A DNA stretch of 64,000 nucleotides from Octopus sinensis. Its lineage: Eukaryota. Both the position numbers and the translations under genes were made by a program. A model generated the notes under the pieces. That model saw only the letters and a program-made list of their open reading frames with translations, made no database searches and was not told where the DNA came from. Below are positions 37,821 through 51,590 of this stretch, in pieces. How positions within the stretch are numbered: the stretch's first letter is position 1; every line of letters begins with the position of its first letter. The stretch spans positions 5,146,001 to 5,210,000 of the forward strand of contig NC_043000.1 in assembly GCF_006345805.1 (NCBI RefSeq). Direction: 5' to 3'.

Positions 37821-38295
37821 GCACACACACACATGACTTTTCTTTCTTGGTTTGACTACCATCCGTGCAACATCTGTATTCCTTCCCATGTCTGTCATCT
37901 CTTATGTCCCTGCCATAAGGCTTCACTTCCACACACGCCAGCTTAATTTAATTTGTCCTTAGTCGAAAGACACCTGTTGTTAATGTCCTGTCGCTTGCAT
38001 TTGTATTTGTGTCACATTTCTCTGTTTTTTCCGTCCTTTTTTTTTGTATATATTTGCTGCTTTTCTCCAAAATATCTAGAGCTCTTAGCTTAGTTTTTCC
38101 TTGGGGCTGGCCAAATTAGAGCAGTCTCAAGTATAACCAGCTGAAACTGCAAAGATAATCTGGAACTCGACTGATGAAAGAAAACTCCGAATGACACATC
38201 CTTGGTTTTCTTCCTTGTCCTTTTTTGTATCACCTGACTGTCTGGATGTCTTGTTGTCACCTGTTGCATTCTTGTCCCATCTTTTGTTTTCTTAT
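37820..38295 (+). mobile_element. (TA)n-flanked interspersed repeat, possibly a Penelope pLTR remnant
   Basis: Contains degenerate CTGATGA-AAGAAAACTCC-GAA at 38171-38191; no intact HHR. Confidence 0.35.
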
Positions 38296-38297
38296 AC

Positions 38298-38331
<34 letters not shown>

Positions 38332-39215
38332 TTAGAGAGAGAGGGAGAGAGAGAGAGATGTGTATACATACATACATATATATACATATACATATATATA
38401 TGCATATTTAAGTATGTTTATATATATATATATATAGATGTGTATACACACATACATATACATATATATATATATATATGCATATTTAAGTATGTTTATA
38501 TATATATATATATATAAATAAATATATATATACATATATATATAAATACATATAAATACACTATCATATTTCCCTCAATCTCTGTTTGTCATACACATAC
38601 CTATGCACACACGCATGTGCACACACATACACACACATACACACACAAACATACATACACATAAAAACCATTTATCTCTCAAACTATTTATCATTTCTTA
38701 AACAGTTAATTTCTAAAATACTCCATCATCCCTTTCTCATTCTTTCTCTCTCTCTCTCTTTCATTCTTTCTCTCTCTCACTTTCTTATACCCCTCTGTTT
38801 CTCTCCTACCCACCCCTCTCCTTTAAATAAACCATCCCTGCACTTCACTTCTCTAAAATCTGCTCTCTCTCTCTCTCTCTCCTTCCAAACTTCTTATTTC
38901 TTATTTCTTCTCTCCATCGTTTCTTTCTGTGTTTTCTCATCACCAGATGGTAAAAAGAAAAAAAATTAAGATAGATGTATAGACAGAAATAATGGAGAAA
39001 GAAGAGAGAGAGAGAGAGAGACAACGATAGGTAGAAAGAAAGAGATAAAGAGACAGAGAGAAAGATGTAGATAGAGAGAAGAAAAAAACAGATTGCAAGT
39101 ATAACAAGCAAGCTAGCTATACTTAGAACTTCAGGTGAGAGCACTAGCAAGGTAAATCTAACTTCTGGAGAATGAAACAACTTAAAAGCTAATGTTAAGC
39201 CTTCAACCAATTCTA

Positions 39216-39333
39216 CCTCCTCCCCACCTCTTGACTGCCTCCTACCCACCTCTTGACTGCCTCCTCCCCACCTCTTGACTGCCTCCTCCCCACCTCTTGA
39301 CTGCCTCCTACCCACCTCTTGACTGCCTCCTAC
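39216..39333. repeat. 22-bp minisatellite x5 (CCTCCTCCCCACCTCTTGACTG)
   Basis: Five near-perfect units with an A/C variant. Confidence 0.95.
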
Positions 39334-39664
39334 GCTCACATCTTTACCAATTCATTTTTTTTATATTTGGTCTTTTTGTTTATGATTATTTTTCTCTTCT
39401 GGGTGCCTGCTTCTCTTATTACAAGGTAAAAAAGAAAATGAAACAAAAATGTGTGCATGCGTGTACATGCGTGTGTGTGTGTGTTTGCGTGTGTGTGTGT
39501 CTGTGTGTGATGGGTTTTCAGAAATAGTAAAATAAATAAATAATACAAACCAATAAGCAAATGATGTAAAAATAACCAACGTGGGGTGCCAGCTACGAAC
39601 TTACTCTGTAACTACATTTATGTCCATAACAGAGACAGCACCTAATATTTATGGTCAGCTTTTG

Positions 39665-39875
39665 GGCCGTGAGCTGGCAGAACAGTTAACACATTGGGCA
39701 AAACAGGGGCTTTCTGTCTGTCTGTCTTTACGTTCTGAGTTCAAACGTTGCCGAGGTGAACTCTGCCTTTCATCCTTTCAGGATTGAAGACAGGGGGGGG
39801 GGGTGTCGATGTAATCAACTTATCCCCCTCTGTCGAAACTGCTGGCTTTGTGCCAAAATTTGGAGCCAATATTTA
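39665..39875 (+). mobile_element. SINE family C
   Basis: GAGCTGGCAGAACAGTTAAC...GTTCTGAGTTCAAA...TGCCTTTCATCCTTTCAGG...GTGCCAAAATTTG. Confidence 0.8.
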
Positions 39876-40624
39876 TGCTCAGCTCACCAAAGTTGCACCA
39901 CACCCGCTTGACACAAGATGAACCAACAAGCAAGGGAGGCCCCAGATCAGGCATTGGAAACCGTTTCCAAAAGGAAGGCCCCACGTGAGACATGACAGAA
40001 TGGCAATGCTGCTTCGAAAATTAAAGATAATTTTGCATTCAACATGCAATTCAAAAAGTCCCATTGGCTGCAGGTACCCCAGGACTGCTCTAGATGACCA
40101 TTCAATTTGCTAGTTAAAGTAGCCTAATCTTCTGTAAGTCATACATTTGCTTGTGTCTTAGAATAAAACTAAAACGGACTAAAAGGGATATGCTAGGTGA
40201 TGTGATTTTGGGTTCACAGCACATGGGGGGAAAAAAACGTGATGGCTATGGCTGGAATGTCTTGATCTTATTTCTACTTGATAAGTACTGACTGAGGGCT
40301 ATGTAACAACAACAACAACAAAAGAAGTATAAAGAAACATTATATAATTATATAATTGATTGTTTTTACATAGGCACAATGCCAGAATCTATTTATTATT
40401 ATAATTATTGGTTGGCAGAACCAATAAAACGCTGGACAAAATGCTTAACAGCATTTGGTCGGTCTTTACATTCTGAGTTGAAATTGCACTGAAGTCAACT
40501 TTGACCTTGTGCCCTTTCAGGATCAATACAATAAGTTGAGCACCACCAGGGTTGATGTAACTGACTTGACCCCTCCCCAATACTACAAGCCCTTATTATA
40601 ATTATTATTATTATTATTATTATT

Positions 40625-41081
40625 GAGTGAGAGAGCAGTTCATGCCATCAAAGTGACACTGGGGTAAAATATACGAAGCCCAGTATACCCATCATGACTA
40701 CCCATCTGATAAGGGTACACCGGGCACATGCATCACAACCATATGTGCGCGACATGGTGATCTCATATCAAGATAAACAGCACATGACCTTGCAGGTGGG
40801 GCCCAGTTAGAATTTTCTTCTCCTCGAGTAGCCCATCCTGCTCAAAAGGTCCCTGAATAAGGGTTGTTTAAGGATGTTGAAAGAACCACCCATGTTTCCA
40901 GAGGTGAATTATTCAAATTCCAAAGAATCCCTCTCAACACATGGCTATGATGCTCCCCCACTACTTCTGCTCGTGATCAGAGATATACATATCGTCAGCC
41001 ACTAAGGGACATGCTCAACTGGTTAAGCTCAAACAACTGACAAGCAAATCTGTGGTATTGAGCAGAATATTTGCTGTAGCC

Positions 41082-41163
<82 letters not shown>

Positions 41164-41620
41164 GAGTGAGAGAGCAGTTCATGCCATCAAAGTGACACTG
41201 GGGTAAAATATACGAAGCCCAGTATACCCATCATGACTACCCGTCTGATAAGGGTACACCAGGCACATGCATCACAACCATATGTGCGCGACATAGTGAT
41301 CTCATATCAAGATAAACAGCACATGACCTTGCAGGTGGGGCCCAGTTAGAATTTTCTTCTCCCCGAGTAGCCCATCCTGCTCAAAAGGTCCCTGAATAAG
41401 GGTTGTTTAAGGATGTTGAAAGAACCACCCATGTTTCCAGAGGTGAATTATTCAAATTCCAAAGAATCCCTCTCAACACATGGCTATGATGCTCCCCCAC
41501 TACTTCTGCTCGTGATCAGAGATATACATATCGTCAGCCACTAAGGGACATGCTCAACTGGTTAAGCTCAAACAACTGACAAGCAAATCTGTGGTATTGA
41601 GCAGAATATTTGCTGTAGCC

Positions 41621-41622
<2 letters not shown>
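40625..41622 (-). mobile_element. Two tandem 459-bp copies of a (TAA)n-embedded retroposon fragment (R4/Dong-like 3' end)
   Basis: 40625-41083 and 41164-41622 differ by about 4 transitions; each is flanked by (TTA)n; orientation inferred from insertion in TAA arrays. Confidence 0.65.
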
Positions 41623-41659
<37 letters not shown>

Positions 41660-42329
41660 CATTATTATTGTTAGATGGTTATAATTTAGATGAATGTATA
41701 GAGTACCAATATTTGATTAGTACTTTATTTTACTGAATCTGAAAAATCAAAGATCATGATGATGTGATTTGAACTCAGATGTTACAGGATGTAATGAAAT
41801 ATAGTAAAGCATTTTGCCACTCACTCCCACTCTAATGGTTCAGACATTTGTCTTCTACCCCAAATACTATTCATCTCCTACCCTCGCTCCAAGACTTTTG
41901 CCTTAATTGTGTGCACAACTAACAAGTAATTTGTCAGCTCATCAGTTCAAGTTACTTCACAGACCTAATGCTCAATATAGAGTAAGTAAGCTGCACAAAA
42001 AAAATAAGACTTAAACCAAGTGATTCCCAAGCTGTTTATTTTCATCAATCAACTCAGCTCTTGATTTTGAGCTAAATGTTATTTTACTTTCACAAAGATC
42101 TTCTGTGCCACGTTAGTTTATTGGGCCTTTTTTCTTTTGTTTTCTTTCTCTCCCATTCAATAATATCTAATGTTCATATAATTCTAAATACCCACCTTAA
42201 TTTGCTTGAATTTTGATAATTACCTCTAATAACTTAGGTTCATTTAACAGACCTTATTAATTTTTCTGTTACTGTTTTATTGCTGTTGTTTACATTAAGC
42301 CATATTTAATTGAAGATAATTAAATCCAT

Positions 42330-42670
42330 AACGCAAATGCTTCAAAGATTCTCACTGAAAATTCTTGAATTAAATGCATTACACAAAGTAGATCAACATG
42401 TACATAAAAAAATTTCTGAATTAAATGTGTTACAAAAAATTCCTAAATTAAATACATTACACAATATAGTTCAAAGAGTCTTGTGAAAAAAAAATTCCTG
42501 AATTAAATGTGTTACACAAAATAGATCAAATTTTACATATAAAAATTCTTGAATTAAACGTCTCACACAAAAATAGTTGAACAGATTCTCACGTAAAAAT
42601 TCCTGAACTGAACATGTTACACAAAATAGCTCAACGGATTCTCATGAAAAAAATTCCAGAGTTACAATGG
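42330..42670. repeat. Degenerate about 50-bp AT-rich minisatellite
   Basis: Recurrent AAAAATTCCTGAATTAAATGTGTTACACAAAATAG, about 7 units. Confidence 0.8.
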
Positions 42671-43600
42671 AACATTATATAACAAATTCAAAAATCAAAT
42701 TTTTGTTTAATTATATAAAAACCAGTAGTCGCTGAATATACAAAACATTTTCTAATAAATTAATCTTTCTTTAATGAAACTGATAAGGAAAAGCAATAAT
42801 TTCTTTAGAAAAAGTAATAAAAGAAAGCAAAGATGGAAAAAGAGAATTTTTGTTAGAAATATTTATAACAGTTGAAATATTTCTGAAGTATATTAAGTTT
42901 TTCTTTTGTTTTCTTTTTTGTTTGCTTTTTTTTTTAACATGAGTTTGAAATACATATCAATAACATCAAGGAAAATAATTGTTAAGATTTCATTTGAAAG
43001 TTTCAAGTTAAAAAAAACTGGTAGACTTTTTAACTAAGAACAAAAGTGGGTACATCTTTTCAGGAAGGTAAGAAATTAGAAGTAGTAATGTAAAAAAACG
43101 TCATAGTTCGAAGACATTATTAGCAAGGTAATAAGGGAAAGTGAAATGAGATTCAACGAAGTATTACAAATCCACATCAAGTTAATGTTACTATAAAACA
43201 AAATAGACACAAAAAAAGACACCAAAAGAAAAAGGAAAAACCCACTAAAAAAAAAAAAACAATCCATAAGTCACTTTGTTCAGGAATAAGAGTAGAGTAG
43301 AATCCAAATGTTAAACCAGGTAATGAAACAGAATTAAAAATAATAATAATTAAAATAATAATAAAATTGATGTTATTTTTTTTAGGTTTTCTGGTTTGAG
43401 AGAAAGAGAAGAGAGAAAGATGGAGAAAGGAGGAGAGGAAAATTATTATTCATTGTTTTGAGGTCAACTTTACCCATCATCTTTCAGAGAGAGGGAGAAT
43501 CATTAAAATAATTAGTACCAGTGAAACACTGGAGTTAATTTAATCAACAAACTCCCTCTCCACTCAATTTTAAGCCTTGTGCCCAATAATAATAATAATG

Positions 43601-43661
<61 letters not shown>

Positions 43662-43664
<3 letters not shown>

Positions 43665-44337
43665 GTACTAAGAACAAACTACATAAAATATAAAATAGAC
43701 AACAGCACAAAGTGACAAGTGCAGAATTTGTGGACAAAATGGTGAAATCGTATGGCATATTACCAGCCAATGTATGCCACTAGCCCAGAAGGAATATAAG
43801 AGATGCCTTGACAATATAGCCAGGCTTGTCCATTGGACACTCTGCAAAAAATTGGTACGACCACAAACCTGAAAGCATTGTTGAAAATAGAAATGCAAAG
43901 ATCCTATGGGATTTTAGGATTCAATGTGACCATGAGATAGAGAATAGGAAGTCAGACAGTTTTGAGAAAGAAAACATATTATGCTGGATCATAGACATAG
44001 CAAACCCAGCTGACAGCAAGGTATGCAATATGGAAGAAAGAAAAGTCGATAGATATGACAGGTCAGCTTGGGAGGTTAAGCAGTTGTGGTCAATTGAAAA
44101 TGTAGCAGTAGTACCAATAATTGTTGGAGCCCTGGGAACAGTGAGCAAAAATCTCAAGAAGTATGTGGAACAAATAGGGGCTGCAATTAGGGTGGAGCAC
44201 TTGCAGAAAACAGCATTGCTTGGAACTGCTCGAATACTCTGGAAGGTGCTCGAAAAATAAGAGGTGTTACCTTAGTTCACTGGTAGTGAACAGCTGACAC
44301 TGTAGTACATTTCCAGCGTTAGAAGCTGTGCAAAGGC
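43662..44337 (+). mobile_element. 5'-truncated R4/Dong-clade non-LTR retrotransposon in a (TAA)n array
   Basis: CCHC knuckle CRICGQNGEIVWHITSQC, then the restriction-like endonuclease ILWDFRIQCD...IIDIANP...VVPIIVGALG...LQKTALLGTARILWKVL; frameshifts; (AAT)n on both sides. Confidence 0.9.
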
Positions 44338-44361
44338 AATAATAATAATAATGATAATAAT

Positions 44362-44634
44362 AACCCCAAAATGGCAGAAATTCAAGAGATAGTGCTCATG
44401 GCAACTGCTCATATCCTACGCAAAATACTCTCTATGTAATCTCAAGGTTTAAAACAAACAATTTTTTTATTTATTTATTTATTAGACATTCACTAGTACA
44501 ACATAAAAAAAACCCCAAATATATGGCACACTAGGCATAACAACAACGTGAACTTCCAACCTGTTGTCTCTTGAGGTCTCTGGGTGACACTTGGAGCCAA
44601 CTTGTACAAACATAAAGCAAAAGTCAAACATAGA
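44362..44634 (+). mobile_element. Second R4/Dong-like 3' fragment, different family
   Basis: PKMAEIQEIVLMATAHILRKILSM* resembles the preceding C-terminus, then 3' UTR and (AAT)n. Confidence 0.7.
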
Positions 44635-44647
44635 ATAATAATAATAA

Positions 44648-44860
44648 TCCTTTCTACTAAAGGCACAAAGCCTGAAATTTTGATGGGGAGGGGATTAATT
44701 GATTACATTGGCCCCAGTATTTCACTGGTACTTAATTTATTGACTCCAAAAGGATGAAAGGCAAAGTCGACCTCAGCAGAATTTGAACTCAGAATATAAA
44801 GACAGATGAAATGCCGCTAAGCATTTTGCCTGGCATGCTAGCAATTCTGCCAGCTCACCG
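44648..44860 (-). mobile_element. SINE family C
   Basis: Reverse complement of 39665-39875 type. Confidence 0.85.
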
Positions 44861-45111
44861 TCTTCAATAATAATGATAATGATGATGATGTTGATGCTAA
44901 TGATAATACCAATAATAACGCTAATGATAATTTTGTTGTTTTCTCGAGGGTGAAAAATAAGAGGAAATTTCAAGGACAAATTATGGAAATAAGAAAGTAA
45001 AAAAATTAAACAGAAGACTATGTGTGTGTGTGCATGTGTGTATATACATATGTATATAAATATCAAGTATACACACGCACACACACAAATATATATAGTG
45101 TATGGATGGAA

Positions 45112-45488
45112 GCACTCCGTTGGTTACGACGACGAGGGTTCCAGTTGATCCGAATCAACGGAACAGCCTGCTCGTGAAATTACCGTGTAAGTGGCTGAGC
45201 ACTCCACAGACACGTGCACCCTTAATGTAGTTCTCAGGGATATTCAGCGTGACACAGAGAGTGACAAGGCTGGCCCCTTGAAATACAGGTACAACAGAAA
45301 CAGGAAGTAAGAGTGAGAAAGTTGTGGTGAAAGAGTACAGCAGGGATCACCACCATCCCCTGCCGGAGCCTCGTGGAGTTTTTGGTGTTTTCGCTCAATA
45401 AACACTCACAACGCCCGGTCTGGGAGTCAAAACCGCGATCCTACGACCGCGAGTCTGCTGCCCTAACCACTGGGCCATTGTGCCTCCA
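45112..45488 (-). mobile_element. SINE family D (young, CpG-rich copy)
   Basis: tRNA-like head as at 23460, tail as at 37281-37590. Confidence 0.85.
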
Positions 45489-45821
45489 CATATATAGTGT
45501 ATAGAATGAGTTACAATCCAAGCTGTGTTATCTGAGGAGTCACAGTTTAGGAGATCCTCTACACATTTTCTACTCATTCATAGCTTTTATAAATTTTTTG
45601 TACATACTGTAGTATTATTATTATTATTAATAGTATTATTATGAAACATGTGTAACATGGGATTAAAAATATTCCAAATTTTCCAGTCTTTGTTTTTACA
45701 CACACACACACACACACACACATACGCTCGCACGCACTCACACGTATAGATAGATAGATGGACAGATAGGCTAGATGGGTAAATTTAGATATATATACAC
45801 ACACACAAATGAATACATATG

Positions 45822-46028
45822 TGAGGGGTGCTGAAAAGTTCCTGGCTTTGGGTAAAAGAAATATACAGGAGGATGGGTTAATAATGATTTTATTCAACAA
45901 ATTCCCTTCTCAATTATTGTAGCAGTCATTCAGTTTTTCTAAGCCCTGAAAATGAACTCAGAAGATTGGGCCTCCCACCAGACCTTTCATGATATCCTTA
46001 AAACCAGGAACTCTTCAGTAACCCCTCA
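45822..46028. mobile_element. Mariner-type MITE, 207 bp
   Basis: TIRs TGAGGGGTGCTGAAAAGTTCCTGGCTTT / AAAACCAGGAACTCTTCAGTAACCCCTCA; TA on the right, TG on the left. Confidence 0.85.
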
Positions 46029-46062
46029 TATACACATATGTGTGTATGTGTGTGTGAGTGTG

Positions 46063-46118
<56 letters not shown>

Positions 46119-46174
46119 TATACACACTTACAGTATTATATAGATATACATCAAAATAAAAATCAAATGGAAAT

Positions 46175-46476
46175 TGTAGTCATTATACCTGTGCCGGTGG
46201 CACGTAAAAACCACCATCTGAATGTGGCTGATGTCACCCTGACTGGCTTCTGTGCCAGTGGCACATAAAATGCACCAACCAATCATGGCTGTTTCCACAT
46301 AAAAAGCACCCATTACACTCACGGAGTGGTTGGCATTAGGAAGGGCATCCAGTTGTAGAAACACTGCCAGATCAGACTGGAGCCTGGCGCAGCCTCCTGG
46401 CTTCCCAGACCCCGGTCGAACCATCCAACCCATGCTAGCATGGAAAACAGACATTAAACGATGATGATGATGATGA
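46175..46476 (+). mobile_element. Family B retroposon
   Basis: Sub-repeats, conserved block, (GAT)n tail. Confidence 0.85.
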
Positions 46477-46724
46477 TACACATACACAAATATATCTATA
46501 TATATAAACAAAAAAAAACTATTATGAGAATTTTTGCCGGTAATTAATTCTATAAGAGTTTCCTTTTTGTGATATAACATTACGTACTGTGATGTGATCA
46601 TAATAACGAATCTATGAGTTCAGGAACAGCAAGAGGTGATACAAATGAAATGCGGCTTACATGCTCAAGGTCACCACGGGTAAAGTGAACCTGAACATGT
46701 TCAAACTTCGTCAGACTTTGGTGG

Positions 46725-47410
46725 TGGTGATGGTGGTGATGTTTATATAGAGAGGAGGAAGGATTGAGAAAAAAGATGAGAGTGTATGGGGAGGGGGGAA
46801 AGAGGTGCTGTTCTTCATTTCTTTGCTGAATGCGTTCAATGGCTTGAATAACTTGTTAATGCCAAATCCATAAACAAACTTTAAAAATGTAGGAAAGGAG
46901 GAAGAAGGTAAATGAAGGTGAGCCTTGAGATGCAATTAGTGATGACGCTAGACTCGACATTTACAGACTCACCATCTGCTCTGCTCCACCTATCGGTACA
47001 AATTCGTAATGACAATGATGATGGCACTAAAGAAGACGGCGATGATGATGACAACGACGATGTAGACGATGATGGTGAGGATGACAATGGTAGTAGTAAT
47101 GATGATAATAGTGATGGTGGTGATGACAATGGTGATGATGAAGAGGTGGTAGTGTTGATGATGATGACAATGGTGGTAGAGGTGGTGTTGTTAGTGGTGG
47201 TGCTGGTGGTGTGATGATGGTGATGATGATGACGATGATGATAGTGATGGTAACAATGGTGGTGATGGTATAGTGGTAGTTGTGGTGATGATGATGCTGA
47301 TGATCATGATCATGATAATGATGATAGTGACAGTGATGATGAGGCAGTGGTAGTGGTGGTGGTGGTGGTGATGGTAATGATGATGAAGGCAATGATGAGG
47401 AATGCGGATG
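46725..47410. repeat. Large GAT/GGT trinucleotide low-complexity region
   Basis: Directly visible; source of poly-D/H/S/M pseudo-ORFs. Confidence 0.9.
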
Positions 47411-48383
47411 ATCATTATCAAATAGTGGAGGAACTAACACAAACACACATACACACACACAACATGCTTCCACACAGTCTCCATGTACCAAATTCACTCA
47501 CAAGGCATTGGTTGACCCAGGCTATAGTAGAAGTCACTTGCCCAATGTGCCAAACAGTGAGACTGAACCTCAACCCACATGGTCGCAAAGTGAGATTCTT
47601 AATCATAAAGCCAAACCTGTACTTATCTATTTGAATATATACATCAGGTAACTTGTATGCATTACCTCAAATGCCTTGTTTCTTTAATGCCACGAGTTAC
47701 ACCCTTGGAAAGTTTTACACATATGTACAATCCCATTAATGGTTTGTAATTATAAATTCTTAATTAACCTTGTCCTTTTTAGTTTTGTGAAGCCCAGATT
47801 TTCAAGATTACTACTGAGTCAGTCAGTTACATAGCCAAATGCCACCCCAACCTAATTATATGGCATTGTAGCTTTGGTAGGAACAGAACTGAGCTCAATT
47901 CCTCTTTCTTTCTGTATCAATTTAGTTGATCAAGTAAGATATCAATTAGATACACATACTGCAACATGCAACAATTTGCTTACGCCATTCTATTTGAAAC
48001 GTATGTAGCTGATTAAATCATTGATAAATCTTCATTCTTGGTATCTTATATATATGTTATTTGCACTCTGTGTTCTATTAATATAAATATCTATACATCT
48101 ATACTTAAATATTCATTGTCTGAGAGTCATCACTATTTGCTTTCTCTCGTCTTACATGTATACACATACACATATTTTGTATTTCATGCCCAAACTGCTA
48201 TATTTGATATATCTAATTTATTCATCCACATAATTGCCCCCATATCTGTTCAACTTGATCCCTCTTATAGCCATTCTTTGCCCCATGGAATTAATCCCCT
48301 GTAAAGATATCGGAATCTAAGTTTGAATCATTTGAGCACAACTAAGTGTCTTCTATACTGAAAATCTCCAGATCTCATCTGTG

Positions 48384-48424
<41 letters not shown>

Positions 48425-48785
48425 TAATATACAGAAAGAGAGAGAGAGAGAGAGAGTTATAGCCCATGTGTACTATCAACAGAGATGCGTATAAACAAGT
48501 ATACATAGGTATATACAGAAACAAATTAAAAAAATAAACGTCCTGTTAAAATCAGGTTGTAATATATATTGAGTATATATTAATGTATATATGTCAGTCA
48601 TTTTGCCAGTGAGAATTAATTGGTGGAATTGATTGTGTGTGTGATGTGTGTGTATACATGTTGGTGTTTTAATTCTTTATTTTGCTAAATTTTTTCTCCT
48701 GCTAGCCATGATAAAGTGCAAGAACATACATACTCATATGTGTGTATGTGTGTGTGTTTGTGCATATATATACATGTGCATATGC

Positions 48786-48818
<33 letters not shown>

Positions 48819-49106
48819 CACACACACATACATATATATGTATATATATATATGTGTGTATGCATATATATTTATATATATGTGTAGATGCATATATGTG
48901 TGTGTGTGTGTACCCACACTCACACATACATATATGCAGATACACACACACACACACACATATATGTGTAATTAGAAGTTTAATGAGGCAATTAAATATA
49001 AATATTACATCAGTAGCTTGTAATAGACCATCCATATATTCACTTCAGATACTGTCAAGTAAATAATATTTTTTTTATTTCATTCTATTTTTCTGCCTCT
49101 CACATA

Positions 49107-49510
49107 GGCGCAGGAGTGGCTGTGTGGTAAGTAGCTTGCTAACCAACCACATGGTTCCGGGTTCAGTCCCACTGCGTGGCATCTTGGGCAAGTGTCTTCT
49201 GCTATAGCCCCGGGCCGACCAATGCCTTGTGAGTGGATTCGGTAGATGGAAACTGAAAGAAGCCTGTCGAATATATATATATATATATATGTATGTGTGT
49301 TTGTTTGTGTATCTGTGTTTGTCCCCCTAGCATTGCTTGACAACTGATGCTGGTGTGTTTATGTCCCCATTACTTAGCGGTTCAGCAAAAGAGACCGATA
49401 GAATAAGTACTGGGCTTACAAAAAGAATAAGTCCCGGGGTTGAGTTGCTCGATTAAAGGCGGTGCTCCAGCATGGCCGCAGTCAAATGACTGAAACAAGT
49501 AAAAAGAGTA
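49107..49510 (+). mobile_element. Full-length SINE family A
   Basis: Near-identical to 2383-2810. Confidence 0.9.
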
Positions 49511-49891
49511 ATAATACCAAGCAGTGCAAGATGGCGGTGATGTGACACTTTTCTAATAAATTATTAAAATGGATTTATCTTCAGGGCTCCATGCATTTCA
49601 TGTTCTGTTTTCTAAATCTATCTCATATTCTTTCATTTATTCTATTTTGTTAATGCATTTGCTTACAATAAAATGTTTTGCTTGTTGCCATTATTATTAT
49701 TATTATTATTATTATCTTCCTTCTGGTTATTATTTTCTTCTAATAGTCTTGCATGGCATTATTTGCTGTGATATTTGTAGAATTCTTTTGTACTTCATTC
49801 GAAGATGTGTGAAATCTGAATAATAGCCTCACTGGGTTTTTAAACCTATTTAGACTTTCACAAATCATTATCAAAATTCAAGCATCTGTGT

Positions 49892-49926
<35 letters not shown>

Positions 49927-50276
49927 TATATTATATTATATATATATATATGTATGTATGTATATATGTATGTATGTATATACATGCACACATGTACATA
50001 TATATTCATATATATGTATATATATATATTCATATATATATATATCATCATCATCATCATCATACATGCATACATGTACATATATATACAGAAAAAGAGA
50101 GGAGGCATACATACACACACATATTGAGAGAGAGAGAGTTATAGATTTATATACATATATGTATTATATATTTATATATACGTATAAGTGTATATATATC
50201 TATGTAAATGAATGCTAAATGATGATGAAGTTGATCATATGTATGTACCAATATATATGTGTGCATATATATTATC

Positions 50277-50315
<39 letters not shown>

Positions 50316-50984
50316 GATAATATATGTATGACACTTATTCAAGGTATCATGCAGTGGGAGTGAACCCAAAACCACAGGATCAGAAAGCAGACTTCTTAAC
50401 CACACACCCATGCCAGTGAATGCTTTGTAAAAAAAAAAAAAACAGATTTCATTAACATTAACGAGTTCAAATGCAAATCTGACTATAGTGCTGTTTACTC
50501 TTATCATTAATTTCTAAACATCTACATATTTATATTGTAATTATCAGCATATCCTCACTATATCTATAAAAGCCTTGTTTCATTTGTGGCATAAATTGAA
50601 GTATAATTTTTTTTCCGTGTTATACATGTAAACGTCTGTAAATGTAGATTCCAAATGGTTTTCTATAATAATGCCATTAAAATGAACAGGGAATTGTGTT
50701 ATGGAATATTAATAATATATGTTGTGCAAAATTTTGATAGCTTTGAAGTTATTATGTGAAATGTGAAAAGGAGGTTAGTTGGTGTAAAATATTTTCACAT
50801 GTTACTGAGAACATTCAGTGATGTATGTGATTTTTTGCCTTCTCTGATATGTTTGGCTGAACAACTTAACCAGATTTAACATGCTGCAACCATTGGCTCA
50901 CGTGTACCATGTTCCAAACATTATATACAAATATATAATCTATATATGTATATAATATGTGTATGTACATATAATGTATATATA

Positions 50985-51590
50985 CTTTTTTCTTCTTTTA
51001 GTTTCAGTCCGAGGACTGCGACCATGCTGAGGCATCACTGCTTGCTTTGCTACACTTTCACTAAACCTCCTCTGATGTCTGACATTTGGTGGATGAGGGA
51101 GTTTGACGATGCTGCCCTCATCTGTGCTTCTTGCCTTGAAGTAGGTTCATCCAAAACTCATGACAGAAGGAGATCTAGTCTTGTTTAGAAAACACCTATA
51201 CCCACACTATACAAGTCTCTCAGGTTTTGTGGAAGGATATTGAAGAGCTGTGGGCCCTTGAGGCCCAAGCTGATACAGTATCTGGTCCTTTATTCTGATC
51301 GCAATGTTGGGATTTTTGGTACTATGCAGTGGTGCTCTGTCCTGCTGTTTGTGTAACTGACAATGCGAAAGTTTGGTGCAAGATTTTCTAGGATTTTCCA
51401 ACTGCATATTACAACATATCCTTCCAGCCTTTGTCCTGGGGAGTAGAGTCTTAACTCTTTCAGTCTCTCCCAGTAGCTGACATGTCGCATTGTGTTGATC
51501 TTCTTTCTGTAGCTTTGTTGGATCACCTTGAGTTCCATTGTTAATTTTACACTGTTTCGTGACCACAGTTGGGAGCAGTATATCATATAT
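50985..51590 (-). mobile_element. CR1/L2-group LINE 3' end (ORF2 C-terminus plus 3' UTR)
   Basis: YCSQLWS...YWERLKELRLYS...WKILENLAPNF, typical of CR1/L2-group ORF2 after the RT; frameshifted; tail homologous to SINE A. Confidence 0.85.

Noticed and set aside
46881-47634. Acidic poly-D and His-rich ORFs
   Set aside because: GAT/GGT low-complexity tract with no splice context or complexity.
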